Below, one piece after another: positions 40,023 through 49,614 of a DNA stretch of 64,000 bases. The DNA is taken from positions 1 to 64,000 of the forward strand of contig CANQQV010000002.1 of NCBI GenBank assembly GCA_947626095.1, read 5' to 3'. Numbering within the stretch: position 1 is the first letter of the stretch; each line of letters opens with the position of its first letter. The DNA comes from an uncultured Bacilli bacterium (GTDB lineage: Bacteria; Bacillota_I; Bacilli_A; RF39; UBA660). A model generated the notes under the pieces. The model ran no database searches. It was not told the DNA's origin and saw only the letters and a list, made by a program, of their open reading frames with translations. The translations under genes were made by a program, and so were the position numbers.

Positions 40023-40034
40023 ATATTTACCTCC

Positions 40035-40331
40035 TTAAAAAATATCTAAAGCTGATTTAATATCTTTAATTAGTTGGGTGCCATCATTTCTTGCGTCGAT
40101 CAAAGCTTCTCTAAAAGCCCAAAGTATTGATGGAATACCTCTAACTGCTGGTTCATAATCTTTTACACCACTGGCAAAACTTTCATATGAATCGCCTGCC
40201 CATGAATCATTCATATTGTTAATTTCATTATACAGATTATCACAATTATCCCAAAGTTCATTATATGAATGATACATATCTATGATAACATCAGTAACTT
40301 TTTTATAGTCATATTCAAAATCATAATCCAT
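40035..40331 (-). CDS. WXG100 family T7SS substrate
   Basis: 98 aa with a central WAG motif. Confidence 0.8.
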   Translation of the reverse strand: MDYDFEYDYKKVTDVIIDMYHSYNELWDNCDNLYNEINNMNDSWAGDSYESFASGVKDYEPAVRGIPSILWAFREALIDARNDGTQLIKDIKSALDIF

Positions 40332-40422
40332 ATTTATTCCTCCTATACTTCAAGTATATTATAAATAAAAAATCGAGATTTTTTATTTATAATATACTGC
40401 ATATATTTATGCAGCATATAAA

Positions 40423-40737
40423 TTAGTTATTATTTCCGTATGTTTGATTAGCTGATTCACTGAATGATTGCATTTCGTTAATAATTTCGTTAACTTTATA
40501 TGCAAGGAAATTTTCAGTTTCAGTTTTAACTTTATGTTCGAAAGATTCTCCTGATCCTTCTACCCATAAATTACCGGCAATAGCACCTAAATTACCACCT
40601 AAAGCGCCACCAGCAGATGTAAATGCTTCTTCCACTTTTTTATTAGCATCAGCAAATTTAGCAATTAATTCATCATTGCTTGATAAAGCTGATTTTAAAG
40701 CATCAGTAGCAGCTTGGACATCAAATGACTCTTTCAT
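40423..40737 (-). CDS. WXG100-like small helical protein
   Basis: 104 aa, helical, in the locus; followed by the hairpin CTGCATA-N4-TATGCAG (40397-40414). Confidence 0.55.
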   Translation of the reverse strand: MKESFDVQAATDALKSALSSNDELIAKFADANKKVEEAFTSAGGALGGNLGAIAGNLWVEGSGESFEHKVKTETENFLAYKVNEIINEMQSFSESANQTYGNNN

Positions 40738-40766
40738 CTATATATCATCCTCTCATTAAATATTTA

Positions 40767-41081
40767 TTATTTCATTCCAGCAGAACTAGCAATGTCTTTT
40801 GTTTTAGAACTTAGGTCTTGAGCATCGCTATATACTGTTTCGTTTTTAGCAATATAATCGTTTAATTCTTCATCGAATTTACGAATAGTTGTTAAAACGT
40901 CATTATCGTATGCTTCAGCTAGCGAATTTGCAGTATCACCGCTTAAACCACTTGTAAGTAATACGTTTTTAACCGTTTCTTTCATTTCGTCTGCTACATC
41001 AGTCATTGCTTCAGCAGCACTTTTTAACATAGCTATAATTTGACCCATTTCTTCACCAGAAATTTCAAATGTTTTTGCCAC
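40767..41081 (-). CDS. WXG100-like small helical protein (LSG variant)
   Basis: 104 aa; two helices around a central GLSG; directly after the yukD-like gene. Confidence 0.6.
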   Translation of the reverse strand: MAKTFEISGEEMGQIIAMLKSAAEAMTDVADEMKETVKNVLLTSGLSGDTANSLAEAYDNDVLTTIRKFDEELNDYIAKNETVYSDAQDLSSKTKDIASSAGMK

Positions 41082-41096
41082 TAATCTTACACCTCC

Positions 41097-41354
41097 TTAT
41101 ATTAAAATTATTTTCGCACCATTTAAAATGTTGTTTTCTAAAAAGGTTTTATCAACATCATAAATAGCTCCATTGTCAGCATTAATTAGTGATAGTTTAT
41201 TGGAAACCGGAAAACTTCCATCTGTCATATCACTAATTGCCTTATTTAATAAGAATATAATTTCAATAGTCTTCTTATTAACAGGAATGAAAACATTGTA
41301 ACGTTCTTCAATGCTAGGTACAATTAAATCTACACAGACTTTATTATTATTCAT
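41097..41354 (-). CDS. esaB: Ubiquitin-like T7SS protein YukD/EsaB family
   Basis: 85 aa, beta-grasp pattern ending ILNGAKIILI; adjacent to essC. Confidence 0.75.
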   Translation of the reverse strand: MNNNKVCVDLIVPSIEERYNVFIPVNKKTIEIIFLLNKAISDMTDGSFPVSNKLSLINADNGAIYDVDKTFLENNILNGAKIILI

Positions 41355-41453
41355 AATAAAACCTCCTATTAAAATAGTCGACTTAAGAATATATGATAGT
41401 CATACCATTTCTGACCAATTCCCCTTAACCATCGATTATACTCTTATATATTT

Positions 41454-41482
41454 ATAATACACTTTATAAAATGTAAAGTCAA
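41454..41482 (-). promoter_or_regulatory. Sigma-A promoter for yukD and module A
   Basis: TTGACT-N17-TATTAT. Confidence 0.6.
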
Positions 41483-41492
41483 TTGAATAAAC

Positions 41493-41517
41493 AAAAAGGT
41501 TAACACTCGTTAACCTT
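41493..41517 (-). terminator. Terminator after essC
   Basis: AAGGTTAAC-N4-GTTAACCTT plus a T run on the minus strand. Confidence 0.75.
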
Positions 41518-44500
41518 ATAATGTTTCATATACTTCATCTTCACCCATTTCAGAAATTACTTTAACTAAAACAGTTGTATTACCATCAACATAATAACCG
41601 AAATTCTTTTCTAGTTTGGCTGATAATACTCTTGAAGATAAGGTAGATTTGATTGTATATTGTGTGCCCATGCCATTACCGATCCAAACACCTCTTGTAC
41701 CAGAAACAGTGTCTTTATACCATGGCTCGAACTCACGTTTTTTGATATTATCACTTGAATCGATAAGAACAAATTGAACTTTTGGCATACCTTTAATCAT
41801 AGAGATTAAACCACTATATGCACCATCATATTCAGTACCTAACATATTTTTAAATTTATCGATACCAACGATGAAGCAAACGTATTCGCCATATTCATTT
41901 AAGGAATTAGCATCGAAACTAGATTCTTTATATTTGTTATACATATCAAAAATTTGTTTACCAAAAACTTTAAAGTTTTCAACAATTGAGTTGTCATAAT
42001 ATGTTGTTGTACTTTCTAGATTCTTATAAGCTTTCTCTAAGTCATAAACGAAACAGTTTTTACCAATAACATTTGCAACTTCACTGATAAATAGTTCACC
42101 GAAATTCTTAATTTCATTAAATTCCATACCAGTAATAATATTAACCGTACTTCTTGTTAAATCGAATGTTCTAACTTGTAGAGATTCTTTTTCGATACCA
42201 ACTGGAATAGAATTAATACCTTTTCTTTCATCAGCACAATAAGCAACAGTTACTACTTCTGGTAGAACTGGTACTTTTGGTGCACTATCAGGATATAACT
42301 TACATAATTCATTAATTTTATCTAGAACAAAGCCATTTAAATTTTCTTTTTCCGTTGGAACAGCAGCTTGGAATTCAAATACTTCTTCTAATTTTACTAA
42401 ACCACGACCTGAAACATTAGCTGGTTCAATCTTAGTTCTAGCTAGTAATGATGAATAATCGTATTTATCATTCATTTGGAAGACTAAATGGTTTGGTAAG
42501 TATTGAGAAAGTCTATTTCTAATACCATTTGAAGTTGTTGATGTCATAACGAAGTAAACACCATACTTTTGACAATCACGAGTTATTGTAGCTAGTAAGT
42601 CAAAGGTATCTTCACCAAAGTTTTCGTTATATAATTCGAAACCATTAATAATAATTAAGATGTTAGGAATAACTTTGCCTGTAGCTTTAGAATATGATAC
42701 ATAATCACCACCATAGTCAGCAAATAGTTTTTTTCGTTTAGCAATGGTATCACTAATTACTTTCCATAAATTGATTACTTTATCAACATCATTTTGTAAA
42801 ATAACATCACCAACTTGAGGAGCTTTACGATACATTTTTAAGGTTTCAGAACCAAAGTCAAGTAAATACATATTAAGTTCAGCAGGTGAATAAGTTGTAA
42901 TACAAGAATAAACTAAAGAATTAATCATTTCTTCTTTACCACTATCGGCCATACCATAAACGATCCAGTTACCTTCTCTAGTAATTGGCATTGTAAGTAA
43001 TCCTTGCTTTTGTAAGTTAGGGGCATCGTATTCACCAATAACAGGGTTGATATCACAAGCAATTTTTTGATAGCTATATTTTTCTTTTAAAGCATCAATA
43101 TAGATGACTGGTGCTAAAGCATTAAGCCATAATTGTTTAACTTTAATATTTTCTTTTTTAGATACTTCAACTAAGTATTTCATAATATTTGGTAATTCTT
43201 CACCTTTTAGAACACCAGAGAAACTATTACGTCCATCTTCAACAATCTTAATTGGCATACCCAAATTATCAACAAAAGTAATTGAATTATCTACTTTTTT
43301 CTTACGAACGTCTGATTCGTAGTAAGGAGCACCAGTCCAAGCTGATTGACCTAAAGCGAAGTATTCATCGTAACCTACTTGTAGAAAGAAACGTCCTGTT
43401 TCTTTTAGGGAAGCAGCATCAGGTCTTTTAATCATTTCTTGACTATCTGAGCGGTCTTGAACTTTTAAGCAGACTTTAAATTTGGCGTTGGACCAGATTT
43501 GGTCATTAACAACACCACTTGGTTTTTGGGTTGCTAAAATTAAGTGAACTCCTAGAGAACGACCAATACGAGCGGTTGAAATAAGTTCGTTCATGAAATC
43601 AGGCTGTTGAGCTTTTAATTCAGCGAACTCATCGGAAATGATAAACAAATGAGATACTGGTTCATCAACTTGACCATTACGATATAGTCTTTGATATTTA
43701 TAAATATCAATTGTTGATTCACCTACTTTATCTCTGGCTTTATTGAAGACAGCTTGACGTCTTTTTAGTTCACTTTGTAAGGAAGCTAAACTACGATTTA
43801 TTTCACTAACATCTAAGTTGGTTATAGTACCAGCTAAATGAGGTAGTCTTAAACCAGTTTCACGGTTTTCAAACGCACCTGCCAAACCTCCACCTTTATA
43901 GTCGATTAATACGAATTGAACTTCGTATGGGTGGAAATTAATGGCAGTACTTAAAATAAATGTAATAATGAATTCTGATTTACCTGAACCAGTCATACCA
44001 GCTATTAAACCATGTGGACCATGAGCTTTTTCATGTAAGTCTAATTTGAATAAATCGCCATATTCATTTATACCAACTGGAACTGCTAAAGAATTAATTG
44101 GATCGCTTTCTTTCCATTTAGCTAAAGCATTTAATTGGTTAACATTTGAAACATTATACATTTCTAAGAATGAATAAGATGATGGTAATTGGAATTTACC
44201 GCCATTTAAAGCGATTGGAATATTAGAAAGAACATAAGTGTATTTTTCTAATGAGCCATACATAAAGTCAGGGATAAAATTAATTCTTCGACTATCTGAT
44301 AGAACTCTTTCAAAAACACCACCAGTACGTTCATCAACACTGATAAAGTGTTCTACTTCATTTGGTAAGGAATTTAATTTTTCGGTAAAGATTAATAAAC
44401 TGATACCAACGTATTCGACAGATTCGATTAAAGAACGAATGACACTAACATTTCTAACTAAATCAATATCGTCAGTAATAATTAAGTATCTGGTTGATAA

Positions 44501-46192
44501 TTTAACGTTATTTTTTTGACCACCAAGAGAATCTTTTTCTTCATTGGCTTCTTTAATATTATTAAGTAGTTCTTCAAAATAAGAACTTATTTGATTGATT
44601 TCATCGGTATTAGTACCAAAGAATCTAATTGTACGATTATCATCCCAGAAATAAGGACAATCTTTGATATCTTCCCAGAATTTTTCATTTTCTTTATTAG
44701 TAAAGACACAAACTTTTAAAGAGTCATAGCCGTGATATGCAAAGATTTGTAACAGTAATCCTCTTAAGAAAGGATTAGTAATGGTTTTTTGTCCTATAAC
44801 AGCAGTTATATATTTTTCAACAAAAGAATAAGTAACTGGGACATTTTCAAGTAAATTAGTTTCTTTTTCTAACTCTCTTAAGTAGCCCATTAAGTTATCT
44901 TCATCTTCCATTGAGAAATGCTCATCAGGATAATTAATAGTAAAATATGGAGGAATTGAACCGATTCCTAATCTTAATGAAAGGAAATCGTAATCATCAA
45001 TATTTTTTTCCCATAAATTTCTTTTTTTATAAAGAATAATATCGCCAACATCTTTTAAAGGAATATATTTTTCAATTAAAAGTTGTTGTTCTCTCTTTAT
45101 TTCAATTAAGAATTCTTCTCTTTTCTTATTAACATAATTACTATATGTGGCTTGTCTTTTTCGTTCATAAACTACCTTTTTATGCTTGTTATACATTTTA
45201 CTAATTGTTGGTAAAACTAACATACAACATAACATAGCAGCGGCGGTTAATAGTGAAGGCAATGCAGTTGATAATGGAGTTGTTCCATTAATAACATTAG
45301 TTAAGGTCATAACACCAGTCATCATTGAACTCATACCCATCATCATCATAGAACCCATTGTTAAAATGGCTGGCATTTCTTCTTGTTTCTGAGCAGCAGG
45401 TGGTGGATCAATAACAAGAGTCTTTTCTTCAATACGTTCATCAAAACGTGGTGGTTTTAAGAAGTAATCTTCTTTTTTATACATTTCAATAATTGGATCT
45501 GGCTCAGTTGGAATTTTAGAATAATCTAACTCAGGAGTCATTCGCATATTAAACATTTGCGAATCAAATTTAACAAGTTTATTAGGATTATTGATATAAA
45601 AGATATCTTTAATAATAGATAATTTTAAACCTAGAATAAAAATAGTATCGCCATATCTTAAGTCGGCACTAACAGCAGGGATGCCATTAACATACATAGG
45701 AATTTGTGGATTAATATTAGTAACTGAATAAATACCATTATTAAAATCTATTTTTAATTGATTTCTAGCTACGCCTGGTTGCTCATAAGAAATAATATTA
45801 GGATAACCAGTACTACCATCACTACCTTGAGCACCATTATTACCAATATACCAAGTAACGTTGCTATTTAAAGTATTAATTGCAACATTTAATTGTAAAG
45901 CATTTTCATCATAAATTGGGCAAGTATAGATAACATAACTATCACCAAGTAGAACGTTTTTTAGGGTATAAAATTTTTCATATTCAAGTAAAGTATCATC
46001 AACAGCTGTGCCGTTTCTGAACACTTTTACATCACTATTACTTTTTAAGACCCAATTGCCGTCAGATGCTTGAACACTAACTAAGTTTTCACGATTAGCA
46101 TTAACTATCCAGTAGTTACCAAATACATCGTTAGGAAGAGTTAAATTTACTAATTTTGTAGCATCCATCAACATTATTTTCATACTTGCCAC
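41516..46192 (-). CDS. essC: Type VII secretion ATPase EssC/YukB
   Basis: N-terminal FHA-like region and two TM segments; FtsK domain HGPHGLIAGMTGSGKSE, DYKGG, DEFAELK, RIGRSLGVHLILATQKP; degenerate second and third ATPase domains. Confidence 0.95.
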   Translation of the reverse strand: MASMKIMLMDATKLVNLTLPNDVFGNYWIVNANRENLVSVQASDGNWVLKSNSDVKVFRNGTAVDDTLLEYEKFYTLKNVLLGDSYVIYTCPIYDENALQLNVAINTLNSNVTWYIGNNGAQGSDGSTGYPNIISYEQPGVARNQLKIDFNNGIYSVTNINPQIPMYVNGIPAVSADLRYGDTIFILGLKLSIIKDIFYINNPNKLVKFDSQMFNMRMTPELDYSKIPTEPDPIIEMYKKEDYFLKPPRFDERIEEKTLVIDPPPAAQKQEEMPAILTMGSMMMMGMSSMMTGVMTLTNVINGTTPLSTALPSLLTAAAMLCCMLVLPTISKMYNKHKKVVYERKRQATYSNYVNKKREEFLIEIKREQQLLIEKYIPLKDVGDIILYKKRNLWEKNIDDYDFLSLRLGIGSIPPYFTINYPDEHFSMEDEDNLMGYLRELEKETNLLENVPVTYSFVEKYITAVIGQKTITNPFLRGLLLQIFAYHGYDSLKVCVFTNKENEKFWEDIKDCPYFWDDNRTIRFFGTNTDEINQISSYFEELLNNIKEANEEKDSLGGQKNNVKLSTRYLIITDDIDLVRNVSVIRSLIESVEYVGISLLIFTEKLNSLPNEVEHFISVDERTGGVFERVLSDSRRINFIPDFMYGSLEKYTYVLSNIPIALNGGKFQLPSSYSFLEMYNVSNVNQLNALAKWKESDPINSLAVPVGINEYGDLFKLDLHEKAHGPHGLIAGMTGSGKSEFIITFILSTAINFHPYEVQFVLIDYKGGGLAGAFENRETGLRLPHLAGTITNLDVSEINRSLASLQSELKRRQAVFNKARDKVGESTIDIYKYQRLYRNGQVDEPVSHLFIISDEFAELKAQQPDFMNELISTARIGRSLGVHLILATQKPSGVVNDQIWSNAKFKVCLKVQDRSDSQEMIKRPDAASLKETGRFFLQVGYDEYFALGQSAWTGAPYYESDVRKKKVDNSITFVDNLGMPIKIVEDGRNSFSGVLKGEELPNIMKYLVEVSKKENIKVKQLWLNALAPVIYIDALKEKYSYQKIACDINPVIGEYDAPNLQKQGLLTMPITREGNWIVYGMADSGKEEMINSLVYSCITTYSPAELNMYLLDFGSETLKMYRKAPQVGDVILQNDVDKVINLWKVISDTIAKRKKLFADYGGDYVSYSKATGKVIPNILIIINGFELYNENFGEDTFDLLATITRDCQKYGVYFVMTSTTSNGIRNRLSQYLPNHLVFQMNDKYDYSSLLARTKIEPANVSGRGLVKLEEVFEFQAAVPTEKENLNGFVLDKINELCKLYPDSAPKVPVLPEVVTVAYCADERKGINSIPVGIEKESLQVRTFDLTRSTVNIITGMEFNEIKNFGELFISEVANVIGKNCFVYDLEKAYKNLESTTTYYDNSIVENFKVFGKQIFDMYNKYKESSFDANSLNEYGEYVCFIVGIDKFKNMLGTEYDGAYSGLISMIKGMPKVQFVLIDSSDNIKKREFEPWYKDTVSGTRGVWIGNGMGTQYTIKSTLSSRVLSAKLEKNFGYYVDGNTTVLVKVISEMGEDEVYETL

Positions 46193-46274
46193 ACTCCCTA
46201 TTCTTTAGTAATTATATCTTAAATAACGGATAATTACAATATAAAAGGAATTCCTTTCAGATAGAATTCCATTA

Positions 46275-47504
46275 TTAATTTAGTTTTAAATTTTCATCAT
46301 TAGATAATGATTTTAAATAGGCTTCTAAAGCAGTACACATTTTTAAAAATCCTTCTTGGCGCATATTCTTGACAATAAAGCTATCATAAGGAAAATCGCC
46401 TTTTGCTTTGCTAACATGATTATTACCAAAATCTATAATATGATAATCTTTTTCAAATTCAATAAATGATTTACCTTGAGCATGAGTTAAAAAATCAAGA
46501 GCAGCTTCTTTAAAAGAACCACCATATTGTAAAATCCAATTTTCAATACCAACACCACCTAAACCACCCTGTTTATTATCACTACGATAAGCTTTATATA
46601 CACCAGCAGCTTTTAAAACTTTTTTAGCTTTTACAATATTGGCAATAACCATACGGTATCTCATTTCATCTTGATTTTTAATCGTTTCTAATCTATCACT
46701 TAAAGCTTGATCAGTTGAATAATAAATTTCTTTAGTAGGAATAAAGGAAATATCGATATCAGCAAGTTTATTTAAACCAGCAACACGAACGCCATAAAAC
46801 CTAAAACGATATGGTGAGGTTTGACCAAATAAGTGATTTAAATTGTGAGCAAGAAGATTTTTAACTTCTTCCATTTGAGATGGAGAAACTCTTAAAGCAA
46901 AATCATAATCACCATTTTTAGTTGTATCAGAAGGTGGTAAACTAGTTCCTCGAGATGTTGAACCAGTTCCAAGTAGCTCGATATCACCTTGACCAAGTTC
47001 AAAGCTTACACTTCCCAAACTTTCAAGAAACTGTTTTAAGTAATCTTTAACGGTGTTTTCTTCAGAAATTACCTTAGCATTATTTTGTGCAATTTCAGCC
47101 ATTAATTCATCAATTCCCGGAAAAGATAAATCATCAGAAAAAATAAAATCACCAGCGTTATATTTTTTTAAACCACTCATCTTTTTTCTCATCGCTAAGA
47201 ATTCTTCTTCACTAAAAAGTAATTGTTTAGTTTCTTTGCTAAAGATGGGAAGATATTTATTATACATAGCTAAAAATAGTTTAACATCGGCCAAAAACAA
47301 GGCTTTTTCAATTTCAGGAACTTTATGAAAAAAAGATATTTTACTTTCATCAACTAAAATATAACTATTAGCACTATTAATAAAATATAAAGGTCCATTT
47401 GCATCACTTTGATGATTAGGAATAACTCCTTGTCTTAGAAAATCTTCTAATTCTTTTAAATTAGCTATATTATAGGTTTCGCTATTACTTACCATTTTAA
47501 TCAT
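46275..47504 (-). CDS. Pol-beta superfamily nucleotidyltransferase (class I CCA/OAS/CD-NTase-like)
   Basis: GSTSRGTSL...DYD, a third Asp in DIDIS, and the C-lobe motifs KKVLKAAGVY and GGLGGVGIENWILQYGGSF. Confidence 0.7.
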   Translation of the reverse strand: MIKMVSNSETYNIANLKELEDFLRQGVIPNHQSDANGPLYFINSANSYILVDESKISFFHKVPEIEKALFLADVKLFLAMYNKYLPIFSKETKQLLFSEEEFLAMRKKMSGLKKYNAGDFIFSDDLSFPGIDELMAEIAQNNAKVISEENTVKDYLKQFLESLGSVSFELGQGDIELLGTGSTSRGTSLPPSDTTKNGDYDFALRVSPSQMEEVKNLLAHNLNHLFGQTSPYRFRFYGVRVAGLNKLADIDISFIPTKEIYYSTDQALSDRLETIKNQDEMRYRMVIANIVKAKKVLKAAGVYKAYRSDNKQGGLGGVGIENWILQYGGSFKEAALDFLTHAQGKSFIEFEKDYHIIDFGNNHVSKAKGDFPYDSFIVKNMRQEGFLKMCTALEAYLKSLSNDENLKLN

Positions 47505-47579
47505 ACTTTCTACTATTTAAAATATATACAACTTTAATTATAGTGTCAATTAGACAAAATAAAATAGACAATTGCTTGT

Positions 47580-49343
47580 CTATTTATCATATCTTTTCTT
47601 TGATACTATATCGTCATTAATTAGTTTAATGAATTCATCTAGGGAAACAGTTGTAGTTTCTTCACTACCAGCACGACGATAAGAAACAGTATTATCATCA
47701 ACTTCTTTTTGACCTAAGATTAACATATAAGGAATCTTTCTAATTACTGATTCTCTTAATTTGTATCCTAATTTCTCGTTACGAGCATCAAGTTCTACTC
47801 TAAAGCCAGCTTCTTTTAATTTATTGTATACTTCATTACTATAAGCTTCATGATATTGAATATTAACTGGAACTACTTGAACTTGAACTGGTGCTAACCA
47901 AACTGGTAAATAACCTTTTGTTTCTTCTAAGTAATAAGCAATAAAACGGTCAATACTACCAAAGATAGCACGGTGTAAAACAACCGGAGTCTTTTTAGAG
48001 CCATCACTATCGATATAACCTAAGTCAAAACGCATAGGTAGACAGAAGTCTAATTGACAAGTTGATAAGGTATATTCAGGACCAACTGCTGGTTTAACTT
48101 GAACATCTAGTTTAGGACCATAGAAAGCAGCTTCACCTATTTTTTCAACATAGTCATAACCTAAGTCATTTAAAACGTTACGTAAAGTAGTTTCGGCATT
48201 ATTCCACATATCATCATCTGGATAATACTTAACTTTATCTTCAGGATCTCTTAAAGATAATTCAAAACGAAAATCTTTAATACCTAATTCTTTATAGACA
48301 TCTAAGATTAGATTAACTACTGATGAGAATTCAGATTCAATTTGTTCTGGAGTAACAAATAAGTGAGCATCATTTTGACAGAAAGTTCTAACTCTTTCAA
48401 TACCTTTTAAGGAACCACTAGTTTCAAAACGAGCATCACGAGCTATTTCACCGATACGAATTGGTAAATCACGATATGAATGAACACTATTACTATATAT
48501 CATCATATGATGAGGACAGTTCATTGGTCTTAAAACGAATTCTTCACCTTCAACTTCCATCTTAGGGAACATATTATCTTTATAGTGATCCCAATGACCA
48601 GAAGTTTTATATAATTCAACATTACCAATTGGTGGAGTTAAAACATGTAAATAACCTAGCGCTCTTTCTTTACCTTTAATATAGTTTTCTAATAATTCCC
48701 ATACAAGATAACCATTTGGTAAATACATTGGTAAGCCTTTACCTACTAAGTCACTCACCATGAAGATTTCTAGATCTTTACCAATTTTACGATGATCACG
48801 CATCTTCATTTCTTCTAATTCTTTTAAGTGTTCATTTAGTTCTTCTTCAGTTGGGAAACAAACACCATAGATTCTTTGAAGCATCTTGTTATTTGCATCA
48901 CCTTTGTAGTATGCACCACTAAATTTAGTTAATTTAAAGTATTTAACTTCTTTAGTATTAGACATATGTGGTCCACGACAAAGGTCAGTAAAATCACCTT
49001 GAGTATAACAAGAAATAGTTGTTCCATCTTCCATTCTTTCGATTAAATCAATCTTATATTCATCATCTTTAAACATATCTAAAGCTTCTTCTTTAGATAT
49101 TTCTCTTCGAACGATGTTTTTAGCAGACTTAGAACATTTCTTCATTTCTTTTTCAATTTTAGCTAAATCTTCGTCGGTAATCTTTTCGTCTCCTAAATCA
49201 ATATCATAGTAGAATCCTTCTTCAACTACTGGGCCTACCCAGAATTTAGCTTGAGGATATAAATGTTTTACTGCTTGAGCAAGTAAATGAGCACAACTAT
49301 GATTTAAAACATTTAATTTTTCATCTTCTTTAAAATTTACCAT
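47580..49343 (-). CDS. thrS: Threonine--tRNA ligase (lacks the N-terminal TGS domain)
   Basis: HSCAHLLA, DLCRGPH, RDHRK, RPMNCP and AFYGPK; ATG at 49343. Confidence 0.97.
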   Translation of the reverse strand: MVNFKEDEKLNVLNHSCAHLLAQAVKHLYPQAKFWVGPVVEEGFYYDIDLGDEKITDEDLAKIEKEMKKCSKSAKNIVRREISKEEALDMFKDDEYKIDLIERMEDGTTISCYTQGDFTDLCRGPHMSNTKEVKYFKLTKFSGAYYKGDANNKMLQRIYGVCFPTEEELNEHLKELEEMKMRDHRKIGKDLEIFMVSDLVGKGLPMYLPNGYLVWELLENYIKGKERALGYLHVLTPPIGNVELYKTSGHWDHYKDNMFPKMEVEGEEFVLRPMNCPHHMMIYSNSVHSYRDLPIRIGEIARDARFETSGSLKGIERVRTFCQNDAHLFVTPEQIESEFSSVVNLILDVYKELGIKDFRFELSLRDPEDKVKYYPDDDMWNNAETTLRNVLNDLGYDYVEKIGEAAFYGPKLDVQVKPAVGPEYTLSTCQLDFCLPMRFDLGYIDSDGSKKTPVVLHRAIFGSIDRFIAYYLEETKGYLPVWLAPVQVQVVPVNIQYHEAYSNEVYNKLKEAGFRVELDARNEKLGYKLRESVIRKIPYMLILGQKEVDDNTVSYRRAGSEETTTVSLDEFIKLINDDIVSKKRYDK

Positions 49344-49369
49344 ATTACTTCTTTCCTTTCCTTTTAAAT

Positions 49370-49565
49370 AAAAAAACCACATTATTTGCAAGGAGCAAAT
49401 AATGCGGTACCATCCTTTATTTAACTTAATTATTGATAACGGCCTTAACCGGGTTTTATTAAACCTCTCAGAAGATAGTAACTATTAAGTCTTCTATTCA
49501 TTTCCACCAACATGAATTCTCTATAAGCAAGGTTCTTAATAATCGTGTTCTTCCTCATTGAATTA
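49370..49565 (-). ncRNA. T-box riboswitch (Thr)
   Basis: Stem I AGAGA/GGTGGAA motifs, a candidate ACT specifier, the T-box AAGGATGGTACCGC and terminator GCATTATTTGC..GCAAATAATGTGG-T7; promoter TTGACA-N17-TAGTAT at 49599-49571. Confidence 0.85.
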
Positions 49566-49614
49566 ACTAAATACTACTACCAATAATTTATTTTGTCAAA
49601 TTTTTTTTACTAGT

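Noticed and set aside
41390-41445. Purine riboswitch in the yukD leader (TATAATC...GACTAT)
   Set aside because: The interior is too short and lacks the UUUCUAC junction and the kissing-loop sequences.
28740-47504. T7SS region as a prophage, ICE or other mobile element
   Set aside because: No integrase, transposase, relaxase, phage structural genes or flanking att repeats were seen.
49344-49391. ORF-track upstream start for thrS (likewise 2878, 9001, 26503 and 35981 for other genes)
   Set aside because: The extensions overlap the T-box terminator or the RBS. Downstream ATGs have properly spaced Shine-Dalgarno sequences.
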